Positions 1 through 9,579 of a stretch of DNA of 64,000 nucleotides are shown piece after piece. The translations under genes were made by a program, and so were the position numbers. The notes beneath the pieces were generated by a model. That model saw only the letters and a program-made list of their open reading frames with translations. It was not told where the DNA came from and made no database searches. Position 1 is the first letter of the stretch. The number at the start of each line of letters is the position of its first letter. Source of the stretch: Bacilli bacterium (GTDB lineage: Bacteria; Bacillota_I; Bacilli_A; RFN20; CAG-826); the NCBI GenBank assembly GCA_016296775.1, contig JAEDIE010000001.1, positions 18,131 through 82,130 of the forward strand, given 5' to 3'.

Positions 1-1190
1 CTAATAAATTTAAATTAATTAAAGATCAAGAACCTTGTTATTTAATTTATACAAATGAAGAAACTCATAAAATTATTAGAGATAATTTATATGAATCTGC
101 AATGTATGGAGGAATTGTTAAAGGTGTAGGACCAAGATATTGTCCTTCAATCGAAGACAAATTAGTACGTTTTGCTGATAAAACTCGTCATCAATTATTT
201 TTAGAACCAGAAAGTTACGATACAAACAGCATATATTTACAAGGGTTTTCTACTTCTATGCCTAAAGAAGTCCAAGAAAAGATGGTCCATTCTTTAAAGG
301 GATTAGAAAACGCTAAAATTTTAAAATATGCTTATGCAATTGAATATGATGCTTTTGAGACATATGACTATACTTTTTCTTTAATGACTAAAAAGTATAA
401 AGGATTATTTATTGCTGGACAAATTTGTGGAACTAGTGGATATGAAGAAGCTGGTGGATTAGGCTTAATTGCTGGTATTAATGCTAGTAGATATATCGAT
501 AATCTTGAACCATTAATTTTAGGAAGAGATGAAGCTTATATAGGAGTTATGATTGATGATTTAGTTACAAAAGGAACTAAAGAACCATATAGATTACTTT
601 CTAGTAGAGCAGAATATAGATTACTTTTAAGAAGTGATAATGCTGATTTTAGATTAACTGAAATTGGAAGAAATATTGGATTAATTGATGAAGATAGATA
701 TTTAAAGTTTAAAGATAAATATGAAAAAATTAATAAGATTTTAGATATATTAAGAACTACATATTTAGGTGAAACAAGTCCAATTAATGAAGCTTTACTT
801 TTAAAAGGATATGAAAGATTATCAAGTGGAGTTAAAGCCATTGATATATTAAAAAGAAATGGGATTTCATATAGTTTTTTAAAAAATTATGTTTCTATTC
901 CTAGTGATTTAAACCTAGATAAAAGTGGAGAAGATGAAGTAGAAATCATCGCTAAATATGAAGGATATATAGAAGGAGAAAGAAAAGAAGTTGCTAAATT
1001 TAAAAAGTTAGAAACTTTAAAACTTAAAAGTGATATTGATTACTCCTTAATTGATGGATTAGCTTTAGAAGCTAGACAAAAATTAAATAAAGTAAAACCT
1101 TTAAATATAGGACAAGCTTCAAGAATTAGTGGGGTAAATCCTAGTGATATTGCAATATTAATAATGAATTTAAAAAATAAAAAGATATGA
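1..1190 (+). CDS. mnmG: tRNA uridine 5-carboxymethylaminomethyl modification enzyme MnmG/GidA. C-terminal part only; the 5' end lies outside the window and the reading frame is open from nt 3.
   Basis: The translation contains the MnmG core motif GVGPRYCPSIEDK and a C-terminal tRNA-binding region. The frame has no stop back to the window edge. The TGA stop overlaps the next start as ATGA. Confidence 0.9.
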   Translation, partial: NKFKLIKDQEPCYLIYTNEETHKIIRDNLYESAMYGGIVKGVGPRYCPSIEDKLVRFADKTRHQLFLEPESYDTNSIYLQGFSTSMPKEVQEKMVHSLKGLENAKILKYAYAIEYDAFETYDYTFSLMTKKYKGLFIAGQICGTSGYEEAGGLGLIAGINASRYIDNLEPLILGRDEAYIGVMIDDLVTKGTKEPYRLLSSRAEYRLLLRSDNADFRLTEIGRNIGLIDEDRYLKFKDKYEKINKILDILRTTYLGETSPINEALLLKGYERLSSGVKAIDILKRNGISYSFLKNYVSIPSDLNLDKSGEDEVEIIAKYEGYIEGERKEVAKFKKLETLKLKSDIDYSLIDGLALEARQKLNKVKPLNIGQASRISGVNPSDIAILIMNLKNKKI

Positions 1191-1855
1191 TAACTTTAGA
1201 AGAAATTAAAAATAATGAAAAATTACAAACCTTTAAAAAAATGGTAATTGAAACAAATGAAGTATTAAATTTAACAGCAATTACCGATTCTTTTGAGTTT
1301 GATATTAAACATTTATATGATTCTTTATTAATTTTAGATTATTTTGATTACAAAAATAAAAATATTATGGATTTAGGAAGTGGAGCAGGTTTTCCTGGCA
1401 TTCCTCTTGCTATTTTATTAAATGATACTAACTTTTATTTAGTTGAACCTACTAAAAAAAGATGTGATTTTCTTCTTTCTGTAAAGGAAAAATTACATTT
1501 AGATAACGTAACAATTATTAATAAAAGAAGTGAAGATTTAGATAATAATTTTAGATCTTTCTTTGATTTTATAGTAACTAGAGCTGTTTCAAGATTAAAC
1601 ATTTTAGTTGAGATTTCATTACCTTTTTTAAAAAATAATGGATGTTTAATATCTTATAAAGGATTGAAATATGAAGAAGAAATATCAGAAGCTAAGAATG
1701 CTTTAAAGACATTATCTTCAAATGTTTTAGAAGTTAAGAAAGAAACTTTACCATTTTTAAATGAAGAAAGATTTAATATAATTATTAAAAAGGATAAAGA
1801 TATATCTAGTAAATATCCTCGTCTTTATTCAACTATAAAAAAGAGACCTTTATAA
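1187..1855 (+). CDS. rsmG: 16S rRNA (guanine527-N7)-methyltransferase RsmG/GidB
   Basis: SAM-methyltransferase motif DLGSGAGFPGIPLAI. Conserved position after mnmG. Confidence 0.9.
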   Translation: MITLEEIKNNEKLQTFKKMVIETNEVLNLTAITDSFEFDIKHLYDSLLILDYFDYKNKNIMDLGSGAGFPGIPLAILLNDTNFYLVEPTKKRCDFLLSVKEKLHLDNVTIINKRSEDLDNNFRSFFDFIVTRAVSRLNILVEISLPFLKNNGCLISYKGLKYEEEISEAKNALKTLSSNVLEVKKETLPFLNEERFNIIIKKDKDISSKYPRLYSTIKKRPL

Positions 1856-2623
1856 ATGAAAATTATTGCTATTGCTAACCAAAAAGGGGGAGTAGGTAAA
1901 ACTACTACATGTATCAATTTAGCGGCTAGTTTAAATGAACTAAACCGTAAAGTTTTGCTTGTCGATTTAGATCCTCAAGGAAATTTAAGTAGAGGATTAG
2001 GATTAGATGTTTCTTTAATTAGTAAAAATATTTTTGATGCATTAATTTTGGATGTAGATATAAATAAAGTAATTAAGAAAACAATGATGAAAGGATTAGA
2101 TATTATTCCTACAAATTTAAAGTTATCTAATCTTGAAAGTGAAATTTATCAAAAAAATGTTAGACCTTTTACTTTATTAAAAGAAGCTCTTTCTTCTTTA
2201 AAGAAAAATTATGATTATGTTTTAATTGATTGTCCTCCTTCACTTGGAATTCTTTGTATTAATGCTTTAACTGCTTCAGATTCTGTATTAATTCCTGTTC
2301 AATGTGAGTATTTTGCTCTTGAAGGATTAGCTCAAATTTTAGGAACAATTTCTAAAGTACAAGAAATGTATAATAAAAAACTTACTATTGAAGGATTTTT
2401 ATTAACAATGTATGAGTCTAGATCTAAACTTGGTAATGAAGTTGTTGAACAAGTTCGAACTTTATTTAGAGAAAATACATTTAATGTAATTGTTCCACGT
2501 AATATTTCTTTGAGTGAATCTAGTGCTAAAGGAATTCCTGCTATTTTATATAAACCAACAAGTCAAGGCAGTATTGCTTATAAAAAACTTGCTAAAGAAG
2601 TAATAGATAATGAAAGAAAATAA
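1856..2623 (+). CDS. parA: ParA/Soj chromosome-partitioning ATPase
   Basis: Deviant Walker A KGGVGKTTT. Typical ParA length of 255 aa. Followed by parB. Confidence 0.9.
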   Translation: MKIIAIANQKGGVGKTTTCINLAASLNELNRKVLLVDLDPQGNLSRGLGLDVSLISKNIFDALILDVDINKVIKKTMMKGLDIIPTNLKLSNLESEIYQKNVRPFTLLKEALSSLKKNYDYVLIDCPPSLGILCINALTASDSVLIPVQCEYFALEGLAQILGTISKVQEMYNKKLTIEGFLLTMYESRSKLGNEVVEQVRTLFRENTFNVIVPRNISLSESSAKGIPAILYKPTSQGSIAYKKLAKEVIDNERK

Positions 2624-3407
2624 AATATTAAAAGAAAATAATTTAGAAGATTTAATTAAGAAATTTTCTAAATCTGATATTGTTTCTTCAATAAGAGAAA
2701 ACTATAGTAAAGAAAATATAAAATATATATCTAATTATTTAATAAATGATAATAAATACTTGGAAAAAGCTATTGTTTTTGATGAAGCAATTAAAAATAT
2801 TAAAAATAGTATCGAAGAAAACGGTGTATATAAGCCTTTTTATGTAAATTATAAAGATAATAAATATGAAATTATTATTGGAAGAAAAAGATTAAGAGCT
2901 AGCAAGGAATTAAAAGAAGAAAACGTTCCTTGTATAGTTTTTAGTGTAGATGAACACGAAGAATTATTAATGCTTTTAGCAGATATTCAAGATCATAAAG
3001 AAGTAAATATGTATGAATTATCTTTAATTTTAAATGAGTTATATACTAAATATAATTACAAATTAAAACAACTTTCTTCTTTAATAAATCAATCAGTTTA
3101 TCAAGTAAGTAATATTTTAAATTTAGTAAAATTACCATATGAAATTCTACTTGATTTAGGAAATAACTTAACAAGTTATGGAATATGTAAAACTTTAATT
3201 TATGCTAAAAAAGAAAAGGTAATGGAATATTATAAGTTTGCAAAAAAAGAGAATTTAAGTGTCAGATCTTTAGAAAAACTTGTTAAACAAGATAAAAAGG
3301 TAAGTAAAAATTTTAAGGTTGATGTGGATGAAAATAACTTATCATTAAATATTAAATTTGAAAATAGTGAGGATTTACATAGGTTTTTAAAGAAACTTAA
3401 TAAATAG
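2610..3407 (+). CDS. parB: ParB/Spo0J-like partition protein
   Basis: ParB N-terminal nuclease-like motif IIIGRKRLRA. Overlaps the parA stop. Confidence 0.8.
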   Translation: MKENKILKENNLEDLIKKFSKSDIVSSIRENYSKENIKYISNYLINDNKYLEKAIVFDEAIKNIKNSIEENGVYKPFYVNYKDNKYEIIIGRKRLRASKELKEENVPCIVFSVDEHEELLMLLADIQDHKEVNMYELSLILNELYTKYNYKLKQLSSLINQSVYQVSNILNLVKLPYEILLDLGNNLTSYGICKTLIYAKKEKVMEYYKFAKKENLSVRSLEKLVKQDKKVSKNFKVDVDENNLSLNIKFENSEDLHRFLKKLNK

Positions 3408-3441
3408 ATTTACTAAAATTTATATTTTGATATACTAAAAT

Positions 3442-3575
3442 TACTTCAGGGATAGGTGTAATTCCTTACTGGTGGTATAGCCCACGAGACGAAAGTCAGA
3501 ACTTGTTGAAATCAGTGCCAATAGTTAAAGTCTAGATGAAAGAAGATTTTTTATTTGCTCTTTGAAGTAGAAAGA
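3442..3575 (+). promoter_or_regulatory. FMN riboswitch (RFN element) with an expression platform that sequesters the RBS
   Basis: Conserved RFN blocks are visible: cagggataggtgtaattcc...ctggtggtatagcccacgagacgaaagtcaga...gtgccaatagttaaagtctagatgaaagaag. The downstream hairpin ctcttt/aaagag covers the SD-like sequence. The downstream gene is a riboflavin ECF S-component. Confidence 0.85.
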
Positions 3576-3581
3576 GAACTT

Positions 3582-4217
3582 ATGAAAAGAAAAAGAATTA
3601 TTAATTTAATCGTTCACGTTGCAATTTTTGGAGCATTGGCCATTATTTTATATTGTGTTCCGTATCTTCAATTTTCACTTCCATTTTGTCCATCTTTTTT
3701 AAAAATTCATTTCGATGAAATACCTATTCTATTAGCGGGTTATGCATTTGGACCATTAGAAGCCATATTAATTATCATATTAAAAGCTTTATTTAAGCTT
3801 ATTCAAGATATACCTGAAACAGGTGGAATTGGAGTATTAGCTGATGTCATTTATTCTTCAGCTTTTATACTTCCAGCTGTTTTTATCTATAAAAAACATA
3901 AAAATTTAAAAGGAGCAGTTATTTCTCTTTTAGTAGGAGTTTTATCTCAGTTAATTGTAAGTTGTGTAATAGGATTATATTTAATTTACCCATTATATGG
4001 TCTATATTTTTATCCTCAAGCTAGTAGTTATCAAGAAGCAATGGAAGTTGTAGGACAATTATTTACTCCGTTTGATAATTCTATTAAAAGTGCTACAGAT
4101 CCAAAAATTATGTATCAATTTTTGCTTCCTTTCAATTTAATTAAAGATGTAATTGTAGCTTCAGTGTGTTTTGTTTGTTATAAACCTTTAAAAATGTTAA
4201 TTGAAAGAAAAATGTAA
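3582..4217 (+). CDS. ribU: Riboflavin transporter RibU (ECF transporter S component). Start reassigned to the ATG after the riboswitch.
   Basis: Small protein of about 210 aa with about 6 TM segments, lying downstream of an FMN riboswitch. The ORF-track start at 3555 lies inside the riboswitch. Confidence 0.75.
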   Translation: MKRKRIINLIVHVAIFGALAIILYCVPYLQFSLPFCPSFLKIHFDEIPILLAGYAFGPLEAILIIILKALFKLIQDIPETGGIGVLADVIYSSAFILPAVFIYKKHKNLKGAVISLLVGVLSQLIVSCVIGLYLIYPLYGLYFYPQASSYQEAMEVVGQLFTPFDNSIKSATDPKIMYQFLLPFNLIKDVIVASVCFVCYKPLKMLIERKM

Positions 4218-4276
4218 GAATTTAAGCAAAATAAAAGACTATTCGAAGGAATAGTCAGTTATCAATTAAAATGAAA

Positions 4277-4450
4277 TTATTTTGAAATAGCACCAACTGG
4301 GCAATTTGCAATGGCTTCATCAGCACTAGCTTCATCTAAATCACCGATGACTCTAGCTTTACCTTCATCATCAAATTCAAATGCACTATCGTATGTTCCT
4401 ACGCAAACACCGCAACCAATGCAGCTTTCAGCATCAACTGTAACTCTCAT
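4277..4450 (-). CDS. fer: 4Fe-4S ferredoxin (57 aa). Not present in the ORF track.
   Basis: The reverse-strand translation is MRVTVDAESCIGCGVCVGTYDSAFEFDDEGKARVIGDLDEASADEAIANCPVGAISK. It has a CxxCxxC...CP ferredoxin motif and is preceded by the RBS ggaggaattaat. Confidence 0.8.
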   Translation of the reverse strand: MRVTVDAESCIGCGVCVGTYDSAFEFDDEGKARVIGDLDEASADEAIANCPVGAISK

Positions 4451-4610
4451 ATTAATTCCTCCAATTAATTAAAATATACCATTTTAGAAATAAAAATCAA
4501 CATTAAAATGAATGGTTAAACTTTAATAATAATTCTAGAAAATAATTGCTATTTTGATATTAAAATATTCGCTTTTAGATTATAATATAAGTAATAGATG
4601 GAGGATTCAC

Positions 4611-5162
4611 ATGAAATATCAAATAATTGGTAAGAATATTCAAGTAACTGAAGGCATCTCTTCTGCAATTAAAAGAAAAGTGTCAAAAATGGACAAATAT
4701 TTTGAAAATCCAGACCAAGTTGAATGTAGAGCAGTTGTTAGAAGTTATAAAAACGAAGCTAAAGTCGAAATTACTTTAAGAAATAACGATATTATTTTTA
4801 GAGCTGAAGTTAAAGATCCTGATTTGTATGCAGCTATTGATTTTGCTATTGACAAATTAGAAGGTCAAATGAGAAAATTAAAGACCAAATTAGAGAGAAG
4901 ACATAATAAAAATGGTATCGGAAGATCTATTATTTATTCAGAAATTGAAGAACCATTTAATGTAAGTGAAGATGAAATTGTTAAAACCAAATCATATAAT
5001 TTAAAACCTATTACAATGGAAGAAGCCATTATTGAAATGGAAGCTATAGGTCATGATTTTTATGTTTATTTAGATACTGATGATGAAAAGATTTCAGTTC
5101 TTTATAAGAGAAAAGAAGGGGGATACGGTTTAATTCAAGCTGAAAATAAAGTAGTTTTATAG
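4611..5162 (+). CDS. hpf: Ribosome hibernation promoting factor (long form, YvyD-type)
   Basis: N-terminal sigma-54-modulation/S30EA domain MKYQIIGKNIQVTEG plus a C-terminal dimerisation domain. RBS ggagga lies 6 nt upstream of the ATG at 4611. Confidence 0.85.
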   Translation: MKYQIIGKNIQVTEGISSAIKRKVSKMDKYFENPDQVECRAVVRSYKNEAKVEITLRNNDIIFRAEVKDPDLYAAIDFAIDKLEGQMRKLKTKLERRHNKNGIGRSIIYSEIEEPFNVSEDEIVKTKSYNLKPITMEEAIIEMEAIGHDFYVYLDTDDEKISVLYKRKEGGYGLIQAENKVVL

Positions 5163-5179
5163 AATTAAACTAGTAGTTG

Positions 5180-6010
5180 ATGAAGATTATTGCAACCGAC
5201 TTGGACGGTACTTTGTTTTACCCAAAAGATAAAGTAGAAATGATTTCTGCTAATAATCTTTTTTTCCTACAAAATTTTATTGATGATGGAAATAAGGTAG
5301 TTATTATTTCTGGAAGAAGCATCGATTATGGAAAAAAGGTTATTAAAAAAATTGGGAGAGATTGTTCAGTTATTGGATTTAATGGGACATGTGTTTTTAG
5401 TGAAGGAAAATATATCGAAAAAAAGACCATGCCTAATGATTTAGTAAAAGAATTTATTGATGATACATTCCAAACTTTTAAAAATTTTGGTGTCTTTTTA
5501 ATGACTGATAAAGGTGTATCAGTTCATTTAAAAACTAAATCAAAATTTATTAGATGGTTCGCCAATTTATATTACAAATCTCAAAAGATTTATGCAGAAC
5601 AATTTTCAAGCTTAGAAAGCGATTATGAAAGCGAATTAGCTAATGGAAATATATACAAGGTAATGCTATTTTTTGGAATTAGTAAAAGAAAAATGAAAGC
5701 AGCTAGTGAAGCTAATAAAATATTACGTAATTCCTTTGATAATTTTGAATGTTCATGGTCTGGACCAGTAATTGAAGTCACATTAAAAGGATGCTCTAAA
5801 GCTAATGCTTTAAAGGACTTTATTAAGTTAAAAGGCTATTCAAAAGAAGATGTTTATGTTGTTGGAGATAGTGGAAACGATATCTCAATGTTTAAAGATT
5901 TTTATGAAAATAGTTTTTGTATGGAGCATTCCCCAAGCAGTATTAAAAAATATGCTAGATATACTATTCATAAATTTGAAGATTTATCTAGATATATTTA
6001 TAAAAAATAG
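5180..6010 (+). CDS. Cof-type HAD-IIB phosphatase
   Basis: DxD motif IIATDLDGTLF. C-terminal VGDSGNDISM motif. Confidence 0.8.
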   Translation: MKIIATDLDGTLFYPKDKVEMISANNLFFLQNFIDDGNKVVIISGRSIDYGKKVIKKIGRDCSVIGFNGTCVFSEGKYIEKKTMPNDLVKEFIDDTFQTFKNFGVFLMTDKGVSVHLKTKSKFIRWFANLYYKSQKIYAEQFSSLESDYESELANGNIYKVMLFFGISKRKMKAASEANKILRNSFDNFECSWSGPVIEVTLKGCSKANALKDFIKLKGYSKEDVYVVGDSGNDISMFKDFYENSFCMEHSPSSIKKYARYTIHKFEDLSRYIYKK

Positions 6011-6044
6011 TAAAATATTATAGATAAGGAGAATTATTTAAAAA

Positions 6045-6899
6045 ATGAATACTATTAGTCGTGTTATTGTTTCTTTAGTTTATTACAATTCACTTGTTAG
6101 AGACACTCTTGAATACACAATTAACAAAGAAACATATGAAACAAATTTCTATGATTACAAACAAAATGGAATAATCAACGAAATTAAACTTGAAACACCT
6201 TTAAAAATCTTTATGGACAAGAATGGTGAAAAAGGTGAAGAATTAAGAAAGAAACTTGAAAAATTTGGTGAAGATTTCTACAGCGAAAAATCAACTGTTG
6301 TTAGAAAAGCTATTGATGGATTAAGAGTTGATCATGCTCAAAATATTAGAGTTTTTGAAAGTGTTTGTCCAATCCATGAAGAATTAAATTCAATTGTTCA
6401 ATTACATGTTAATTTTGCAAGAGAAAACAATCAATTAGAAGAAAATATTCTTAAATTAGTCTCAGCTGATGAAAGATATTATAGAGCTGTTGCTTTCTTA
6501 TCTTTAAGTGGTGAATTATTCCGTCAATTTGATGAATACAACAAAGCAAGAAGAGAAGCAAATGGTGAAAAGACACCTCAATCAAATTTCATCGAACAAG
6601 ATTTAAGCAAAGTTGTTGGTTTATTAGGCCTTGTTAGACAACATGCCATCTGTAATGATGAAATGTATACCGATACAGTCGATGCTTTATGGAAAGCAAT
6701 CGAAATTATGAACGGCAAGAGACAAATTCCTCAAGGAAAAACATTTGCTGATGTAATTAACGAAGCAAATGCTAAGATTGGAACATTTGTTCGTGATAGT
6801 GAAGAAGCTTGGAAATCAATTTATCCAGCTATGATCAACGAACTTGTTGCTGACAATCAAAAAGGCGCTCAAGAAGCTACCGAACCAAAAGCTGAATAA
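6045..6899 (+). CDS. Hypothetical soluble protein, 284 aa; no family recognised
   Basis: Long ORF with RBS aaggag. Its codon usage resembles that of well-expressed genes. I recognise no motif in it. Confidence 0.6.
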   Translation: MNTISRVIVSLVYYNSLVRDTLEYTINKETYETNFYDYKQNGIINEIKLETPLKIFMDKNGEKGEELRKKLEKFGEDFYSEKSTVVRKAIDGLRVDHAQNIRVFESVCPIHEELNSIVQLHVNFARENNQLEENILKLVSADERYYRAVAFLSLSGELFRQFDEYNKARREANGEKTPQSNFIEQDLSKVVGLLGLVRQHAICNDEMYTDTVDALWKAIEIMNGKRQIPQGKTFADVINEANAKIGTFVRDSEEAWKSIYPAMINELVADNQKGAQEATEPKAE

Positions 6900-6919
6900 T
6901 TATTTAAAACAGGTAAACT

Positions 6920-7282
6920 ATGAAATTTTTTAAAGGAAAATCAAATGGTCAAATTGCTTCATTTATAATCGGAATCTTTTTGATGTTTTCTGGTATTCTT
7001 TTATTAGTCTTTGGATTAATTGGAGATTACGGACCAAGAAATAATCCTTTTACAGAAGCAAACGAATCAATTGCAGCAAGTGTTAAATTTGGTTTAAGTT
7101 TAACTTGGATAGGTGTAATTGTTCTTCTTGTTGGCAGTATTACTTTTGCTTTAAGCTTAAATTTCATGGCTAAAGCTACTGAAAGAGAAGCTGAAAAAGA
7201 AGTTAGAAGAAAACAACGACTTGAGGTTATTAATCAATCTAAAGTTGTTGATGTAGAAAACGTTAATTCTACTGCTAAATAA
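6920..7282 (+). CDS. Small membrane protein (2 TM) with a charged C-terminal tail
   Basis: Two hydrophobic helices followed by the EREAEKEVRRKQR tail. Confidence 0.55.
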   Translation: MKFFKGKSNGQIASFIIGIFLMFSGILLLVFGLIGDYGPRNNPFTEANESIAASVKFGLSLTWIGVIVLLVGSITFALSLNFMAKATEREAEKEVRRKQRLEVINQSKVVDVENVNSTAK

Positions 7283-7284
7283 TT

Positions 7285-7310
7285 AATGGCCTCTAAAAAA
7301 GAGGCCATTT
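7285..7310. terminator. Rho-independent terminator, probably bidirectional
   Basis: Perfect 10-bp stem aatggcctct / agaggccatt with an A6 loop. It lies between a plus-strand gene and the minus-strand tRNA-Ser. Confidence 0.6.
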
Positions 7311-7362
7311 AAATTACAATAAAAAAAGACTTATAATTAAATATAAGCCATTAAAATTAAAT

Positions 7363-7451
7363 TGGCGGAGAAAGAGGGATTTGAACCCTCGCGGCTTTGA
7401 CACCCTATGAGCTTTCCAAGCCCACCCCTTCAGCCTCTTGGGTATTTCTCC
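7363..7451 (-). tRNA. tRNA-Ser (anticodon GGA), class II with a long variable arm
   Basis: The reverse complement reads ggagaaa...anticodon loop ttGGAaa...long variable arm...ggttcaaatccc...tttctccgCCA. 89 nt in total. Confidence 0.85.
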
Positions 7452-7497
7452 AGCGTTAATAATTATAACAAGAATTTAAGGAGTTGTCACATTAAAT

Positions 7498-8466
7498 ATG
7501 AAAGAAATTGTAATAACTAATGAATTTTCTAATCAAAGAGTAGATAAGTATGTTCGTAAATACTTAAATGAAGCTCCTTTAAGTTTTATATATAAACTTT
7601 TTAGAAAAAAAGATGTAAAAGTAAATAATCATTGGGTAAAAGAAAATTATATTCTTCAAACTAATGATGTTTTAAGAATTTTTGTAAGTGATGCTCAACT
7701 TGAAGAATTTAATAAGCCAAAAGAGGTAAAGAATATTTCTTTTAAAGATCTAAATATTATTTATGAAGATAATAATTTATTAATTGTTAATAAACCAAAA
7801 GGAATTCTTGTTCATGGAGATAGTAGTGAAAAAAGATTAACTTTAACTAATAAAGTTCAATCTTATATTATGTCAAAAAATGAACAAACTGACTTTTTGT
7901 GTTCTCCAATTCATCGTCTTGATAGAAACACTTCTGGCTTAGTAATTTTTGCTAAAAATTTTAAAACCAGCCAGTATTTCATGGGGTTATTGAAAGAAAA
8001 AGAAAAAATTGAAAAGTATTATTTATGTTTAGTAGTTGGAAAAACTACTAAATCTGGAACCGTTAATATTCCTCTATATAAAGATGATGAAAGAGGAATG
8101 GTTTTTAAAGGAAATATTAATAACGGTGCAAAAGAAGCCATAACAAAATATGAGCTTATTGCAAGCAATAATGATTTTAGTTTACTTAGTGTTCAAATTT
8201 TAACAGGAAGAACTCATCAAATTAGAGCTCATTTTAAAGAAATTAATCATCCTCTTGTAGGTGATGGAAAATATGGTGATTTTAAAATTAATAAGGGATT
8301 TAATAGTGATTTTAACTATGATTCACAATTTTTACATGCCTATAAAATTAAATTTAATAATCTAGAAGGAGATTATAAATATTTATCTAATAAAGAATTT
8401 GTTTCTCCATTAAATGATAAAGAAAAAGAGATATTGAATAAGCTCAATATCCCTATGAAATCCTAA
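7498..8466 (+). CDS. RluA-family pseudouridine synthase with an S4 domain (RluD/YlyB-like)
   Basis: Catalytic motif HRLDRNTSGLVIFAKN. N-terminal S4-like region. Confidence 0.8.
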   Translation: MKEIVITNEFSNQRVDKYVRKYLNEAPLSFIYKLFRKKDVKVNNHWVKENYILQTNDVLRIFVSDAQLEEFNKPKEVKNISFKDLNIIYEDNNLLIVNKPKGILVHGDSSEKRLTLTNKVQSYIMSKNEQTDFLCSPIHRLDRNTSGLVIFAKNFKTSQYFMGLLKEKEKIEKYYLCLVVGKTTKSGTVNIPLYKDDERGMVFKGNINNGAKEAITKYELIASNNDFSLLSVQILTGRTHQIRAHFKEINHPLVGDGKYGDFKINKGFNSDFNYDSQFLHAYKIKFNNLEGDYKYLSNKEFVSPLNDKEKEILNKLNIPMKS

Positions 8467-9459
8467 CTATTTATGGACATATAGTCCAACAGTTTTCTTA
8501 ACTTTTATTAATGTTTTATTAGCAATATAATTAGCTCTTCTTGCGCCTTCATTTAATATTTCATCAATCTTTCCTGAAGCTAATACTTCTTTATATTTGG
8601 CTTGGAAAGGAGTTAATACTTCAATAACTACATCAGCAACAGCTTTTTTAAATTCACCATATCTATGACAATCTTTAAAGATTTCTTCAGCTTCTTTAAT
8701 AGTAATTTCTTTTAGTGAAGCATATATTTGAAGTAAGTTTGAAATTCCTGGTTTATTTACTGGATCAAAATAGATATCACTTCCTAAATCAGTGACAGCG
8801 CTCATAATTTTCTTTCTAACAATATTTAAATCATCTTTTAAGAAAATATCACCTTTAGGATCACTTTTTGACATTTTTCTTGTTGGATCACTCAAAGACA
8901 TAATTCTAGCTCCAACTTTAGGAATAATAGGTTCAGGCATTTTAAATAATTCTTTATTGTATCTATTGTTAAATCTATGAACTAAATCTCTACATAATTC
9001 AACATGTTGTTTTTGATCTTCTCCAACTGGAACAACATCAGCATCGTAAAGTAAAATATCGCCACACATTAATACTGGATAAGCAAATAAACCTAAACCA
9101 ATAGCGTTTTCATTCATTTTTTTAGATTTATCTTTAAATTGAGTCATTCTAGAAAGTTCACCCATGTAAAGATAGTTTTGTAAAATTGTATTAATTTCAG
9201 AATGTGCACTTACATCACTTTGAAGGAAAATAGTTGTTTTTTCTGGGTCTAATCCAGCTGCAATATAAAATGCAACAATATCTTTTGTATTATTTCTAAG
9301 TTCAATTGGATCAATTGGTAAAGTTAAAGCATGTAAATCAGCTATAAAAATAAAATTTTCATAGTCATCTTGATATTTTTTAAAATTTTTTAATGCTCCA
9401 ATATAATTTCCTAATGTTAAATTTCCTGTTGGTTTAATACCACTTAGCGATCTTTTCAT
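8467..9459 (-). CDS. trpS: Tryptophan--tRNA ligase
   Basis: Class I aaRS motifs: KPTG...HLGNY-like N-terminus and KMSKS. 330 aa. Confidence 0.9.
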   Translation of the reverse strand: MKRSLSGIKPTGNLTLGNYIGALKNFKKYQDDYENFIFIADLHALTLPIDPIELRNNTKDIVAFYIAAGLDPEKTTIFLQSDVSAHSEINTILQNYLYMGELSRMTQFKDKSKKMNENAIGLGLFAYPVLMCGDILLYDADVVPVGEDQKQHVELCRDLVHRFNNRYNKELFKMPEPIIPKVGARIMSLSDPTRKMSKSDPKGDIFLKDDLNIVRKKIMSAVTDLGSDIYFDPVNKPGISNLLQIYASLKEITIKEAEEIFKDCHRYGEFKKAVADVVIEVLTPFQAKYKEVLASGKIDEILNEGARRANYIANKTLIKVKKTVGLYVHK

Positions 9460-9528
9460 AAACTTAGCCTCTTTATATTCTTTATAATTTTAACTTATTT
9501 ATTTTATAATTCAATTTATATTTATTTA

Positions 9529-9552
9529 CTTATTCAATATTTATTGAATAAG
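9529..9552. promoter_or_regulatory. 24-bp palindrome (11-bp arms) in the trpS/cysS divergent intergenic region; candidate operator
   Basis: cttattcaata tt tattgaataag is a perfect inverted repeat. It lies 28 nt upstream of the cysS start. Confidence 0.35.
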
Positions 9553-9579
9553 TGATATATTTAAAAAGAGGATTTTAGT

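Noticed and set aside
536-841. 101-aa ORF antisense within mnmG
   Set aside because: Fully embedded antisense to a well-supported gene. Low-complexity translation and no RBS.
2490-2506. parS-like half-site tgttccacgtaatatt inside parA
   Set aside because: Only the first 10 of 16 positions match the TGTTNCACGTGAAACA consensus, and the second arm is absent.
8792-8980. 62-aa ORF inside trpS in a different frame
   Set aside because: Embedded in a conserved aaRS gene. Hydrophobic low-complexity artefact.
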